From Cyanophora paradoxa CCMP329 (Eukaryota; Plantae; Glaucophyta): 64,000 bases of DNA. This document shows positions 1 to 12,200 of this stretch, one piece after another. Each line of letters begins with the position of its first letter. Positions within the stretch are counted from its first letter, which is position 1. The stretch spans positions 62,001-126,000 of the forward strand of contig QPMI01000682.1 of NCBI GenBank assembly GCA_004431415.1, in the 5' to 3' direction. The translations under genes were made by a program, and so were the position numbers. The notes beneath the pieces are model-generated. The model saw nothing but the letters and a program-made list of their open reading frames with translations, was not told the DNA's origin and made no database searches.

Positions 1-1600
1 CCTGCTCTCGCCTTTCGGAGCGGTTCTACACGTCGACAACATGAACGCGATCCGCTGGTATTCCGATTTCGTCCAGCACGCGAGCTGCCGCAGCCCGCGG
101 GAATACATCCGGCACGCCTGCTCCGCGGAACTGTACGCATGGAGCAAGCTCAGGACAATGCTAGAGGAGCGCGGGCGGCCGCTCAAACTCGTCAAAGTCA
201 AAGCGCACGCGAAGGGCGACGCCCGCGACCCCACAACGACATCGCGGACGCCGGAGCGAACGTGGCGGCCGACCTGGATCTGGCGGACGAAAACCGGCAT
301 GAACCTCTCTTTCTGCCGCCGGCCTTCAGCATGCCTGCGGTGCTCACCATCAGCGACCCCGACGGGCGCACACGACGGGTGGAAGGGGACCCCAAGGCAC
401 ACATGGACGCACTTCACGAGCACCAGACGCACTTTGCCTGGACCCAACAACCGCTGGCTGGCGCGCTCCTGCGCCGAAGCGCCGACGGCGCAGACATAGC
501 AGGGCTATATGCGGAAACGAGCGTAGGCTCCCGATTCCAAGGCGCCAATGGAGCCCGCAACGCGCTATTCAAGTTTCGGACGCAGCTGCTCTGTAGCTCG
601 CTACCAGCGAACGAAGTCCGGGTACGTGACCAGAAGGAACTCTACGCCGCCTGCAACCCTGGGGGACGCTGTGCGGGCTGCGCCACCAGAACGCCTTTCC
701 CTCGTGCAGAGACTAGCGGCCCGACAGCCTCACAGAACAGCCAGACTGCACCAGAGGCCTCGCATGCCCAACCAGCAGCGGGCCCCAGCCGCCCGAACCG
801 GGCACCGACGGCTCTTACCGCAGGCCCGACTGAAACTTTCCCGCACGTCTTCCTGTGCCCGGGTCCGCATGCGGTCGCGCACCGCGCGGAGACTGCTCGC
901 GAACTGAACCGACTTCTGCTCTGCGCATACAGAGAGGCCCACGGACTCACAGCGCCGCCAGCAGGAGCCCTCCTTGCCCCGACCTGGTCCCAATCTTCCT
1001 CCGCGTCGCGGACGACGACGCCGAGGCGCGCAGCTACGATGGTAGGCCGTACGCGTACCCGCGCCTCTGGGTGCTCCAGGGCCTTGCTCCGCAGAGTCTA
1101 GAAAGCGCCCTCGCACGCTGCCTGAACCTTGCACCCCGGTACGCGGCACGCGCAGCTAAACGCGTTCGGCAGACGCTTCTGGAGCGGGCCCGACGCCTCT
1201 GGTCACGTCGCTGCGAAATCAACGCGGAGTGGGAACGCGACTGCCGCGTCTCCCAGGCCTCAAAGAAGCGACCGCGCCCGCCCCGCACGGGCGCCCGCGC
1301 CCGAGAGCGGGCCCGCGGCCCCGGACCTGTAAGGAAGTCTGCGCCGCCTGCGACGGGCCGATTCGCCTTCACAATCTACTCAACGCCGCTCGGAACGCAG
1401 ACTGCCCACCGGAGTACGCGGGCTGGAAGGCGGCGCTCCGCGCCCAAGAGCTCTACGATTGCGTCAAGGTACGCCCTTGGGAGCCACATCCTAGCCCGCT
1501 CTAAACGGTACCCCGAGTCGCGCGAAAGGGGGGGGGGGGGGGGGGGGCTACGTCGGGAGGAGACTCTCGACACCACCTACCTACTACTTCACCATACCTA
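1..1600 (+). pseudogene. 3' part of a non-LTR (LINE-like) retrotransposon ORF2: RNase H C-terminus plus zinc-finger region, frameshifted
   Basis: RNase H motif KVKAHA (41..499 frame) continues after a frameshift as HNDIADAGA (139..1101 frame). It is followed by CxxC...ETFPHVFLC, the zf-RVT-type motif, and later RLWSRRC in another frame. GC-rich. Confidence 0.65.
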
Positions 1601-2519
1601 GTCCTCGAGAAACTTCCCTGCTCTACTCTTAGCCTCGCACACACTAGATATAGCCGCCCCGTCCGACTCGCTGGGCCCCGCCCAAGCGAGCGCCTGCCTT
1701 GCCTCCCTCTCCCGTTCTGCCCTCCTGCTCGCTCTCTTGGCCCTGCCTCCCACTCACGACCTCGCCAACGCTCCTCGCGCCTCGACAGGGAGGGAACGAT
1801 GGACCGGAAGGCTTGGCGGAAGGCTTCGGCTGGTCGTTGCACCCACCAGATACCCCGGCCATCGTGCCAGGACCGTGGGTTGAAGGACCGCCGCGGAGGG
1901 GGCTCGCAATTGCCCGCGGCGGGGTGCGGCGGCTGGTTCGAGGCTGGAAGCCCTGCTGACCGAGAAATCCGACCCTCCCCCTCCCCGCCACGGCCGGCGC
2001 CGACCTTCTCCGTCCCGCCCCACTTCTTCCCCGCAACGTCCCCCCTCGCCTCATTCCCCTCGGCCCCTCTACGCCGACGTGCTTCCACCCGCGCTTCGGG
2101 CGAGCGGCCCCCTCGACGCGGAGCCCGCCGCGCTAGCTGTAGTCGCGGCCGCGTCGAGAGTAGGCAGATTAGACCGCGGGTCCGTCCTGGCTTTCCTACC
2201 GTACAGTAGAACAGCCCGCGAGCTCCGGACGTCCCGACGGTCCCTAGGCAGGCAGCACTAGCAGGCAGCACTCGTAGACCCCTGGGTAGTCCTCTCTGTA
2301 GCCTAGTCCTAAGCTAGGCTAGATGTATAGGTAGTAGCTCTCTGCTCTGGGTTAGCTTTGCTTTAGTTTACGTCTCCTTGACTAGCTCCACCCTGTCCGA
2401 TGGCTGATAGGTTCCCTACCCGGCGTAACCAGTAGGCTCATCTTTCGACTTGACACTTTACGGACACCTCAGTTCTATCATTAGCCGTATTGTCTCGGTG
2501 TGTGCGAATTCATTGATAA

Positions 2520-5500
2520 AAAACAAAGATGCCGCAATCCAAATTAATGTCACTGATGTTAGCGACTTTGACCAATCGAGACCCAAATTAGTATTTAGTC
2601 GGCAGCGTCTTTTACCAAATACTTTTATAGGAGATCGCGATGATTACAAAAGATGTGAGATAGCATGGATAAAAACGAAATATAACGGTGGCGTTGGTGA
2701 AGGTTTATTAGAAATCAATCAAAGAGCAAGCGCCAAAAACATACACAATGAAGATATTTCAAGAGTCGTAACAGAAGATTATTTAGAAGAACAGGGATAC
2801 ATCGATGAAGGAGAACTTACTAATATTCTTTCATTATTCGTGATAAAAAATGATACAAACCTTACAGTCACAAGTAACATTTATACAAGTAACATATGGG
2901 CAAGTAACATATGGGCAAGTAACATATGGGCAAGTAACATATGGGCAAGTAACCTATGGGCAGATGATATTTACACAAGTAATCTTACAGTGTATCGAAA
3001 TATAACAATTGGAACACAAAATACTATACAAATACTTTATAGACCTTACTATGCTGTTACTACTGTCATTGATCCAGCCCCAATTATTCCAAATTGTATA
3101 TTTGCATGGAAAGCATCAGGTCAACATGGTCAGTTGATATATTATCAAGGTCAGATATATAACAGAGTTACTACACAGATACCATATCTAACAAATTATT
3201 CGAATTGGGAAACTGTTTATTATTATTTGAATGCAACCCTAAACAATCAAATTTCGATTGGGAAAGAATTAAACATGGCTTATAGGAATAGTGTTTCAAT
3301 AGATTGGTCATTAGGTCTTACATTATTCTTTATAGGTAGGATCAATACTACAAATCCTTCTTATATGTTGAGTATAAGGGATAGTTCTTATCAAAATTGG
3401 ATTGGATATGGTTGTAAAAATCAAAAGTTTGGTGTTTCACTACAAATTCAAAACGATATAGAAAATGCAACTCCTCCATTATTCGATGCATCATATATTT
3501 ATAATTCGTGGAATTATTGGGATTTCACTGTTTCCTCAGAGCAAATTGTCGTAGGAATGGGTGGTATTGATATTGGAACATCATCGGGTGATTTTCTTCC
3601 ACCTTCTAATTTTGCATCATTTGGTTCTTCTGTTGCTAATGGAGATCTTGCCGAAATTATCGTTTTCAATCGTGCGTTATCTATTGAAGAAAAGAACGCG
3701 GTTAGATATTATATACAATTATTGTATGGATTTCCAAATACGCAGCCCATATTGAATAATGAAGATCTTAAAATTAATTCGAGCAATATATTTATTGAAA
3801 ATCTCACAGTTACCAAAAATGCAACTCTACCACATCATCCAACATCGAATGTTGTTTTAGATTGGTTAGCAAAACAAAAACACACAAAAGCAGATATTAC
3901 GGATTTCGCCCATACTCACACAAAAGATCAAATCACAGATTTCGCCCATACACACACCAAAGATCAAATAACAGATTTCGCACATACTCACACAAAAGAT
4001 CAAATAACAGATTTCGCCCATACTCATTTATGGGAGCATATCACAAATCCTCCGTTAACCTTCCCACCTGATTCACACACTCATGATTATTCAGAGATTA
4101 CAAATAGCAACCACAGGCACCCATGGAGCGAAATAGACGAACAGCCAGTTTTTGCCCAATTGAATGCAATCGGAAACGTTTTTAATGGAGTCACACTTTT
4201 CCAATCAATTAATACACCTGAAAGGCTATTTTTGAATGATCATTATGTTAGTCTCAATGGTTCATTTACAGGTGAAACAGGCACACCGATGGTGGGAACT
4301 CTTGCAGTAAGATTACCCAGGGATCCAATCGTAAATGGAGTGTATAGTGGCGATTTTAATGTAGGAGTAAATGATACTTTCCCCAGTATCTATGTAACGA
4401 ATTATCACCCGGGTGAAACAGGACAAGTAGCGGATTTTTCAGCAGCTATTCAAATTAACGTAACAGATCAAAGCGCATATGATGGAGCAAGACCTAAAAT
4501 AGTATTCACAAGGGAGAAAGTTGTAAACTATCTTCCTGTTGCAGGACAACCCACAGATGATCACGGAAAATGTGAGATTGCATGGATAAAAACGACATCA
4601 GGTGGAGCCTTAGAAGTCAATCAGAGGATGGCAGCAAAAAACTTACACAATACCACCCTTTCCGGTGTTGTTACAGATGATTACTTAGAAAACAAAGATT
4701 ATGTTACAAATACAGAATTACAGTTAGCTGTTACAGATTTTGTTACAGATACCGAATTAACGGCGGCACTTGCGAATTATGTAGCAGATTCAGAATTAGC
4801 ATCTACTCTAACAAATTATCCCACCACTTCTTCCATTGGAAAAATTAATGATTTCGATGTGGTGAGTGGTTGGAATAGCGCAGGTGTATCATTTGTCGGA
4901 AGTTGGGGGAAACAATGGAAACCTACAACAGATAATCCAGTAGAAGGTTTTTATAGCACTATACAAAATGATGAGACCAGCAGTGATTATATGCAGTGTG
5001 AAGTTCCAGCAGGAATGAGAACATGTCACATACAATATTTCTGTTGGACTAATTGCAGATATTTTGATATCGGGGGTTACCGGAATAATCGATGGAATCA
5101 TATTATGAGAGTTAATACGTATCAAAATGTTTCTAATGCAAATGCAGACACACTGTGGCATGAAGGTTTAACATGGACTTCTGTATTTTGTGGGAATTTC
5201 TCACATATTCGAGTAGTTGCAAGAAAAGGGAGATGTCATATCGGAATGCTTGGATGGACAAAAGAAGTAGGAAGAACAGCACCAGCAAATGGTTTGATAA
5301 GTTGGGATAATATATTTAGCAAACCGTCATTTTACTCAGCCGCAGACCTTCCAGCAACAGCAAAATGGACAACTAACACATGGTTAAAATCAACAGATGC
5401 AGTCGAGCGAATTTGGTTTGGTAATGGCGATTGCACATATATACGAGGGAGACCAAATGGTGATGGTGTCTCAATTGAATTTAGAGACTCAGCGGATGGA

Positions 5501-6634
5501 GCAATATTAAAGTCTTATAACAATGGTAACTTTTGGGTGAATAATACTATTACAGCATCCACTATTAATGCTACTACCAAACTCCAAATAAACGGTAATG
5601 ATGTCCCAAAGTTTCACACAGCAGATAAAACAGTAGGAGCAATTGAGTTTAATAGATGTTCTCAGGGTTGGAGCTATCACTGGGGGACATCATGGGATCC
5701 ATATTATAATTATGGTTCATATGTCTATAATGATCAATATGATGACCAAACTTCTACCGCTTGGATGGACTTCGATATTCCCGATGGATACCACACAGGA
5801 ACAGCATTTTTAACTTATTTACCTTGGCAAAGCTCACGACTTTTTGAAATTTGGGGAGTTAATAGACAAGGAAATGAAGTTTTTATTACATCAGTGAATA
5901 GTTATCAACCATACGCCACATCTCCTGATAATAACCATAGTGGTTTAAATAATGTTCCTATACATCTTGGTAATCGATTTCTCACAATTCGAATTAGACC
6001 AAAGATTGGAAGAGTTCATATTATGGGTATAAGTTACATGAAAATATGGGTTGGACATAGTTATGGCGGTCACACCGGCTATATTCATTGGAATAACGTT
6101 TATAGTAAACCAAATATCTTAACAGGAACTGTGGGGACTTGGTTTAGTTCAAGTGATGGATATAATCGTATCCATTTCGGTAACCAAACTTCTACATATT
6201 TGAAAGGAGGGGGAGATTATCCAATAAGATTTCGAAATGAATTAGATTCTGATATTTGTTGGATCGATCATAACGGGCGGATGTGGATAAACAATTATTT
6301 AACACAAGGAAGTGACAGAAGATACAAAACAGATATTAAAAAGATAACCGGCGCTCTTTCAGCAATCGAAAAATTAGAAGGAGTGAGTTTTAAACGAATT
6401 GGGAGTGAAAAAGACGGAACAAAATTAGGTTTAATTGCGCAAGATGTAGAAAAGGTAATACCAGAAATTGTAAGTGTCACAAAAGAAGATGGTTACCTTT
6501 CTCTCGAATACACGGGTTTAATTCCAGTTCTCATAGAAGCCGTTAAAGAGTTATCTAAGAAATGCAAAGATTTAACACAAACATGTGAAAATCTCCAAAG
6601 TCAAATAGACCAAATTAAAAATGTCACAGTATAG
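2520..6634 (+). CDS. 5'-truncated large fibre/tail-spike-like protein: fibre modules, LamG/ConA-like insert, HTH(T/K)xxITDF repeats, C-terminal Peptidase S74 intramolecular chaperone
   Basis: From KDAAIQINVTDVS it matches ORF 55489..57249. Also contains NGDLAEIIVFNRALS (LamG-like), HTHTKDQITDFA repeats, and SDRRYKTDIKKI...GLIAQDVEKVIPEIV...LEYTGLIPVLIEAVKEL (S74). Confidence 0.8.
2871..2962 (+). repeat. 15-bp coding tandem repeat (SNIWA-like units) in the fibre shaft
   Basis: caagtaacatatggg repeated about 6 times with variants. Confidence 0.9.
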
Positions 6635-6637
6635 TAA

Positions 6638-6946
6638 ATGGCGACCTATCCACTTGGTGGATCTCCTTCCACTACTACTGAGCCTGTCGCTCTTGCATTC
6701 GATACTATTAAACTTGTAGCCGCGCTACAAAACGTCGAAAAAACAATTCAGCAAACTAACAAACTGTCCCCAGTTGTTCATGAATATAAAAACCTCTTGG
6801 TTAATGTCCTCGCGCAATCGGCTTATGGTGATCCCGTAACACGTTATGGCGAATGTGATTCTAACCTAAAAGCGATGACATCAAATATTCAATGTCTTTC
6901 GACCGCTTACCAATCTCTTGGATCTAATCTTATCACATTGGCTTAA
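6638..6946 (+). CDS. Hypothetical protein (102 aa)
   Basis: Tightly packed ORF with GTAAATG start context; no recognised motif. Confidence 0.6.
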   Translation: MATYPLGGSPSTTTEPVALAFDTIKLVAALQNVEKTIQQTNKLSPVVHEYKNLLVNVLAQSAYGDPVTRYGECDSNLKAMTSNIQCLSTAYQSLGSNLITLA

Positions 6947-6982
6947 TGGTTTATTTTTCTTTCCTTCTTAGTAAAAGAAGCA

Positions 6983-7825
6983 ATGGGCGAATATAATCGA
7001 GTCCAATTACCAGTTTACGCATTGGGTGCGCCCGCGGTTCACTTTCGACAACACGAGGTTGCTGACGAAATTCGCGGTGTGGAATCGACGGAACGCGCTA
7101 ACTCCGCGAATGCATTTGATAAAAACAGCATGATACGTGTTAAAGAACTACGCGCCGACAAGAATTCGGGAGTGGTTAAAACGACTCAACTTCTTGTAAC
7201 AAATGCGAATTTTAACGCGGGAATCGGGCAACCTGACGCATGGGGTGTGGATATTAGAACGTTAGATTTTGACGGAGAACGTGCCGCCGCTGTTGTCCGA
7301 TCGGGAGGCGCTGTTATTGGCGGTGGTTGTCGTGTGTCGGGTATGCTTGCATCCTCCGTTGCTGTTACCGATATTCCCGATACTCTACCTGAACATGCGG
7401 ACAATCCGCAACGTATCCGTATGTATACTCCATGTGGAGACTATCCTTACGTGTTTGGAATGGTTAGAGTTGCGGTAGATAACGTAAATGCAACACAACC
7501 CGATGGAATTATGGGAAATTGGTTACTACCAAATATCGCTATTCCTAAATCTATTGAGTCTATATGTCGTTCACAAAATGGTATTATTGGTCCGGCTTAT
7601 ACTTTCTTTGTTCAGGGAATCGGACGCGGTAGAGGTTGGGTGGAATTTGACAACCAGAACCCCGCAACATTCAATGTTTGGACGACAGAAGTAGGAGGTT
7701 ACGATATTCTCATTTTCGGAATGCGAACAGATCCAGCCGCTGTGGCGGCTACACGTGGTCTCAATCCCAATAACAACCTAAATAACTTCTACGATGATCC
7801 GTTCCCAGGTGATCCCACACCATAA
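6983..7825 (+). CDS. Putative virion protein, shared-N-domain family, paralogue MGEYNR
   Basis: Orthologous to 40282..41136 and 59918..60763; RVKELRADKNSGVVKTT...RSGGA motif. Confidence 0.75.
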   Translation: MGEYNRVQLPVYALGAPAVHFRQHEVADEIRGVESTERANSANAFDKNSMIRVKELRADKNSGVVKTTQLLVTNANFNAGIGQPDAWGVDIRTLDFDGERAAAVVRSGGAVIGGGCRVSGMLASSVAVTDIPDTLPEHADNPQRIRMYTPCGDYPYVFGMVRVAVDNVNATQPDGIMGNWLLPNIAIPKSIESICRSQNGIIGPAYTFFVQGIGRGRGWVEFDNQNPATFNVWTTEVGGYDILIFGMRTDPAAVAATRGLNPNNNLNNFYDDPFPGDPTP

Positions 7826-7844
7826 TTATGTTTTAATATATTAA

Positions 7845-8690
7845 ATGGCGGCACCCGCTCCACCTGAGCGTATCTTAACAGCGCAACTTTCATTAGCCGC
7901 GCCGGCTAATCACGTATTACAACATGCTGTTATCGATAATGTAGATGGTCTCGAATCTACCGAACTTGCACCTACTCTTAATACTTTTGGTGATACGCAT
8001 AAATTGCGACTGAAAGAGTTAAGATGTGACAAAAATAACGGCATTGTGAAAACTACTAAACTCCTTGTAACAAATGCAAATTTTAACGCTTTTTATGGAG
8101 ATCCCGACAGTTATAATGATGATAACAAGGTTACAAACTTTGCTTATGAATCGAGAAACGGAGCAATTAAATGTAGATCGGGAGGCGCTTACATTGGTGA
8201 TGGTCTCCGAGTCGGTGGTATCATTGGAGCGCCTCTAATCGTAAATGACCAACCAAACCCCGACGATGAGAACACACGAATTAGGACATATTGCCCAGGT
8301 ATGAATGAGCCGTATATTATTAAGATTTATACAATCGTTATTAGTTTACAAACAGCGGTAGCCGATGTTTTAGAACCGTTGGGAAATCATTATAGATATA
8401 GAGACACGATACCAGAGGACATTTACGCACTATGTAGAAGAACCGACGGAGCAAGACCACGCCTAACGATACACATTATCCCCATAGATAATTTCGGTCA
8501 GGCGTTCCACTCAATACCTCTTTTAGATACACAAGATAACCAATTTATAATAAGAGCTACACAACTCGGAAATTATAGAGTTATTATGTATGCCGAAAGA
8601 AACGACGCAATCGCGACGGCTAACCGATTCGGTCAATATCTAAACACCAATCTATACAATCCCGTCGGCGGTAGAGATCCACAACCATAA
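7845..8690 (+). CDS. Putative virion protein, shared-N-domain family, paralogue ERI(I/L)TxQL
   Basis: Orthologous to 41160..41990 and 60787..61620; LKELRCDKNNGIVKTT...SGGAYIGDG. Confidence 0.75.
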   Translation: MAAPAPPERILTAQLSLAAPANHVLQHAVIDNVDGLESTELAPTLNTFGDTHKLRLKELRCDKNNGIVKTTKLLVTNANFNAFYGDPDSYNDDNKVTNFAYESRNGAIKCRSGGAYIGDGLRVGGIIGAPLIVNDQPNPDDENTRIRTYCPGMNEPYIIKIYTIVISLQTAVADVLEPLGNHYRYRDTIPEDIYALCRRTDGARPRLTIHIIPIDNFGQAFHSIPLLDTQDNQFIIRATQLGNYRVIMYAERNDAIATANRFGQYLNTNLYNPVGGRDPQP

Positions 8691-8711
8691 ATCTAAGGTA
8701 TATATAGAGGA

Positions 8712-8984
8712 ATGGATGAAAAAACAAGAAAGTTTATAGATACCGCTATGTCAGTCCATGGTAAGGATAAATTTGATTATACCGACACTGTTTATAAGAA
8801 AGCGCAAGAAAAGGTATCTGTTAGATGCCTACAATGTAATAAAACGTTCCAAACCTACGGATTTAACCACATTAAGGGGTCAGGTTGCCGACAGTGTTCT
8901 AAAAAACACTCTCACGCATACAGAAAAAGGACAACATGGGGAATAGTCATAGAGGAGAAACCGATTATGTTGTACTTTGATTGA
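8712..8984 (+). CDS. Small Zn-ribbon protein (DUF723-like)
   Basis: KFI..A..VHG.DKFDY..T.Y.K...KV...CxxC...H..GSGCxxC; conserved in A and D. Confidence 0.7.
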   Translation: MDEKTRKFIDTAMSVHGKDKFDYTDTVYKKAQEKVSVRCLQCNKTFQTYGFNHIKGSGCRQCSKKHSHAYRKRTTWGIVIEEKPIMLYFD

Positions 8985-9780
8985 TTTCGTAGTTAGTCAT
9001 AATGAGATGGTTCCTTTTCTTTTTTGATATACCATACACTTTACCATATGTGTGTCGAATAAAGGGTTTAAATAGCAATTTCATTAATAAAGCATCATTA
9101 ACAACCATCATAACTTTGCATTTCGCGGTCTTAAATAGATCTTCTAAATCCAAAAAGAATTTTTCCAAATCGAATTCTACATTTTCGTAAAAGTCATTAT
9201 TGCTATTAACGTATGGAGGATCAAGAAATATGAATGCATCCTCATCATCTTTGTATTTCAACACAATATCCCGATAATCCCCAAGAGATAAGTTCACATC
9301 TTGTAGGAAATCATCATATGGTATCTTCTTTTTAAGAGTTGTATATGGACTTACCTTAACATTTCGTTTTTTGAAATCACGAAGGGTCTTAACATTTAAA
9401 ATGCTATTTTTAAGAAGATAGAAATGGTGGGCTAAGTAATCCATTACATCTTTACGATCATGTTGTAGAAACTTCTTATAAACTTCTTTATGCTCTTCTA
9501 TATTGCTTACTGCTTCGAACTGTTGAAGGCTATCTAAAAGTTTTACTTTACTGTTTGGGTCTTTCATTGTATTCAAAAAAAGTATATGTGTTTCATCGTT
9601 ATCATTCATAAAGTAATCAAAACGTTCTTTATGCTTTTCCCAAAGATAGAAACTAAATGCACCTGAACCACAAAATGGTTCTATTATTTTATTTATGCCT
9701 TCTAAATCGATAAAAGGATTGATTGTATCCATTTCATTGTATTTATTACCGACATACTTATGGTAAAAGTGAGTCTTCAT
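8965..9780 (-). CDS. N6-adenine DNA methyltransferase (Dam/D12 class)
   Basis: EPFCGSGA (motif I), ND, and FLDPPY (motif IV). Confidence 0.9.
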   Translation of the reverse strand: MKTHFYHKYVGNKYNEMDTINPFIDLEGINKIIEPFCGSGAFSFYLWEKHKERFDYFMNDNDETHILFLNTMKDPNSKVKLLDSLQQFEAVSNIEEHKEVYKKFLQHDRKDVMDYLAHHFYLLKNSILNVKTLRDFKKRNVKVSPYTTLKKKIPYDDFLQDVNLSLGDYRDIVLKYKDDEDAFIFLDPPYVNSNNDFYENVEFDLEKFFLDLEDLFKTAKCKVMMVVNDALLMKLLFKPFIRHTYGKVYGISKKKRNHLIMTNYEINQSTT

Positions 9781-9957
9781 TTACCATAGATAGAGAAAAA
9801 CAAACTACATATGGAGACGGGACAAAGGAATTAAGACTTTACCGGTTCTGTTTCTTGTGATTATGCAAGTATATCAACCAACTCATACGGGAATACTTTC
9901 GCTAAGATGGTTCGCATCCTACTAATTCCGTTTTTAATTTTTCTGTATAATTCATAA

Positions 9958-10356
9958 ATGAATCATCGCGGTTTCCATGTAATGTTAGATTACAAGTTCA
10001 ACCATCCATTAATGATAGGATTGGACAACTAAGAGACCACAACGAAGTGGTTAATGCAATTTTTTCAATCTATTATTCAAGAACAAGGTATCAGAGTAGT
10101 ACACAAGCACTGCGAGATTTTCGATGGTGGTCTTTCACCTCCGGGTTTTGCTATGGTTCTTCTCCTTGATGAGAGTCATTTAACCGCTCATTGTTACTCA
10201 GATCAGGGAATGTTAGCAATCGATATATTCACTTGTGGTACAGAAGCGGAGCATAAGACATCAGTAATAACGCAAATGATAGATGAGAGGATAACGTGTA
10301 TGTTTAGCGGGTTGGAGAAAGCGGAGAAGCATATAGTAGCGCGATTTCCATGTTAA
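9958..10356 (+). pseudogene. speD: S-adenosylmethionine decarboxylase (SpeD-like) with in-frame TAA at 10030-10032
   Basis: MNHRGFHVMLDY start is in frame with LLDESHLTAHCY...DIFTCG. The intact orthologue at 42477 has Leu at the stop position. Confidence 0.85.
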
Positions 10357-10380
10357 TCTTACGTGAATCAGTAAGGAATG

Positions 10381-11050
10381 ACACCCCACCCTACACCCCA
10401 CCGTTACCATAAATTATAGCATTCCCACTTTTCAAATTGCTCTATATTAGATTGAAATTACCATATAAATAAGAGGTGGATGTATGAATTAATCGACAGG
10501 GTGGGAGGGTGGGGTGTGGTGGGGTCAAATTTCCAGAAAATTTTGAGCGGATCCCAAAATATAATGAATCTTCAAAACATGCCCCACCAGACCCCACCGC
10601 CCCACCGCATCGATAAATATATGATACCAGAGAGATTACACCCAACCATGTACAGATCTAACGGTATTTACACCCAACCATGTACAGATCTAACGGTATT
10701 TACATGTTAATTACGGCTTCGATATCGTAGAGATTACACCCAACCTGTACAGATCTAACGGTATTTACATGTTAATTTCCGCTTCTATATCGTAGAGATT
10801 CCCACACTGAATTACGTAAGAGATTACACCCCACCATACACCCAACCATTACCATAACACATAACAATTTCACTATTCAAATTGATATATATTAGATTGA
10901 AATTACCATATAATTAAGTGTGGAAGTATAAATTAATCGATAGGGTGGGGTGGTGGGGTGTGGTGGGGTCACTTTTCAGAAAAATTTAGAACGCCAAGAA
11001 AATTATAGCAATTCGAAAAACAGACCCAACCAGACCCCACCGCCCCACCT
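10381..11050. promoter_or_regulatory. Duplicated origin-like iteron cassette of element C (GTGGGG/CCCCAC converging repeats), separated by short tandem repeats
   Basis: GGGTGGG..GTGGGGTGTGGTGGGGTCA, ~50-bp AT-rich spacer, then CCCCAC repeats, at ~10498-10608 and ~10943-11050. Repeats of agagattacacccaacc and tgtacagatctaacggtatttac lie between. Confidence 0.55.
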
Positions 11051-11256
11051 TATCATTAAATGAATCACGCAGTAAATTGTAGTTGTTTACGATAAACGCA
11101 ATCGGGATTATATCGGATTCACATTAAATCAATCGTGATTATATCGAATTTGCATAAAACTTAATCGTGGTTATATCGAATTTCTCATTTTCACATCGAT
11201 AATTACATATAAATATGTATAATATCATGTTAAATTTATATAAAATATGTATTAAC

Positions 11257-11327
11257 ACACATAAAGATAAACGTATTTTTAACCTGAGCGGAACGCGAGG
11301 GTTAAAAATACGTTTATCTTTATGTGT
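11257..11327. repeat. Terminal hairpin of element C (28-bp perfect stem, 15-nt loop)
   Basis: ACACATAAAGATAAACGTATTTTTAACC (11257-11284) pairs with GGTTAAAAATACGTTTATCTTTATGTGT (11300-11327). Confidence 0.95.
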
Positions 11328-12200
11328 AGGGTTCTGCTCCTCAAATCGATCAATGATTTCTGCATCACAGGCAACTGGAAACTGGATGCCTTCGAAATTG
11401 AGTTCGTTTAACCATCTTCTATACTGGTTGGGTTCATTGCTCTTGTGTTTATTAATATCATTTCGGTGCAGGTAAGCCAAGATTGCATACTTGAAGCAGT
11501 CTTGACCATCAATATTCTTCACATTCACAGTTGCTCTCTTTAATCCAATCCACTCAGGTGTTGAGAAGAAGCAACCACCCACAGGAGCATAAGACATTAT
11601 TACCACTCTCAGCATCTCGATGCGATCCAGTCTGTAACTGTCCACCTGCATCATCTGTTCCTGCATTGCTTGAAGTGCATTTCGCAGTTCAACATCAATA
11701 TTTCGAGATCTTGTGATGACAAAGTAATCACTATAAATGAACTTGGTGATCCACACCCTTGGATCACTCACTTTGGTGAATTTACAAATGAAGGTCAACC
11801 GAGTCTTAATTGCTCTCAGGTCTTGGAGTTTCTGTCTGAGTCTCTGTGGTAGAGTAGTTGCAATTCTCTCCAAGAATTCAATCCCATCTTGGATAACCTC
11901 CCCTCTTGCTCGATAGGTTAACCAAGAGTATGCTTTGTTCATTGCTTCCCCATCTTCAATCTCGGGTTCAATTGTTCCCAACCTTAAACCTTCATCCCTG
12001 AATTCCTCCATCTTCTCAAAACGATCATAGAGGCGATTTGTAATTTCTGTGAGTTGAGATAATCTTGGTCTCCTATCCAGGATTGCTGCCTGGCGATCAT
12101 ATTCGAATTCTGTAATATCACCAGTAACTAAAAGGGTTCCTAAAAGACCGAGTATTTCGTTTTTCTTTTCTTTGATGATTCTATTTGATTGGCGGGGCAT
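11328..12200 (-). pseudogene. N-terminal part of the protein-primed PolB of element B, interrupted by element C
   Basis: Nearly identical to the start of A's PolB (27674-28460) up to RFEEQNP, where C's terminus begins. Confidence 0.9.

Larger units (their letters stand above)
2520..11327 (+). mobile_element. Element C: right-hand part of an endogenous Polinton-like virus (fibre module, Dam, AdoMetDC, right terminus), truncated on the left by GC-rich DNA
   Basis: Gene order matches the right half of element A. It ends in a 28-bp hairpin ...TATGTGT at 11327, immediately followed by mid-gene PolB sequence of element B. Confidence 0.85.

Noticed and set aside
1528-1547. Poly-G run as a regulatory element
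   Set aside because: A simple homopolymer of unreliable length with no supporting context.
2450-2519. N-terminus of the 1394-aa ORF
   Set aside because: It derives from the non-viral flank; viral homology starts at ~2520.
10030-10032. TAA read-through or alternative genetic code in C's speD
   Set aside because: The orthologue has Leu, consistent with a TTA>TAA point change, and TAA terminates many other genes here.
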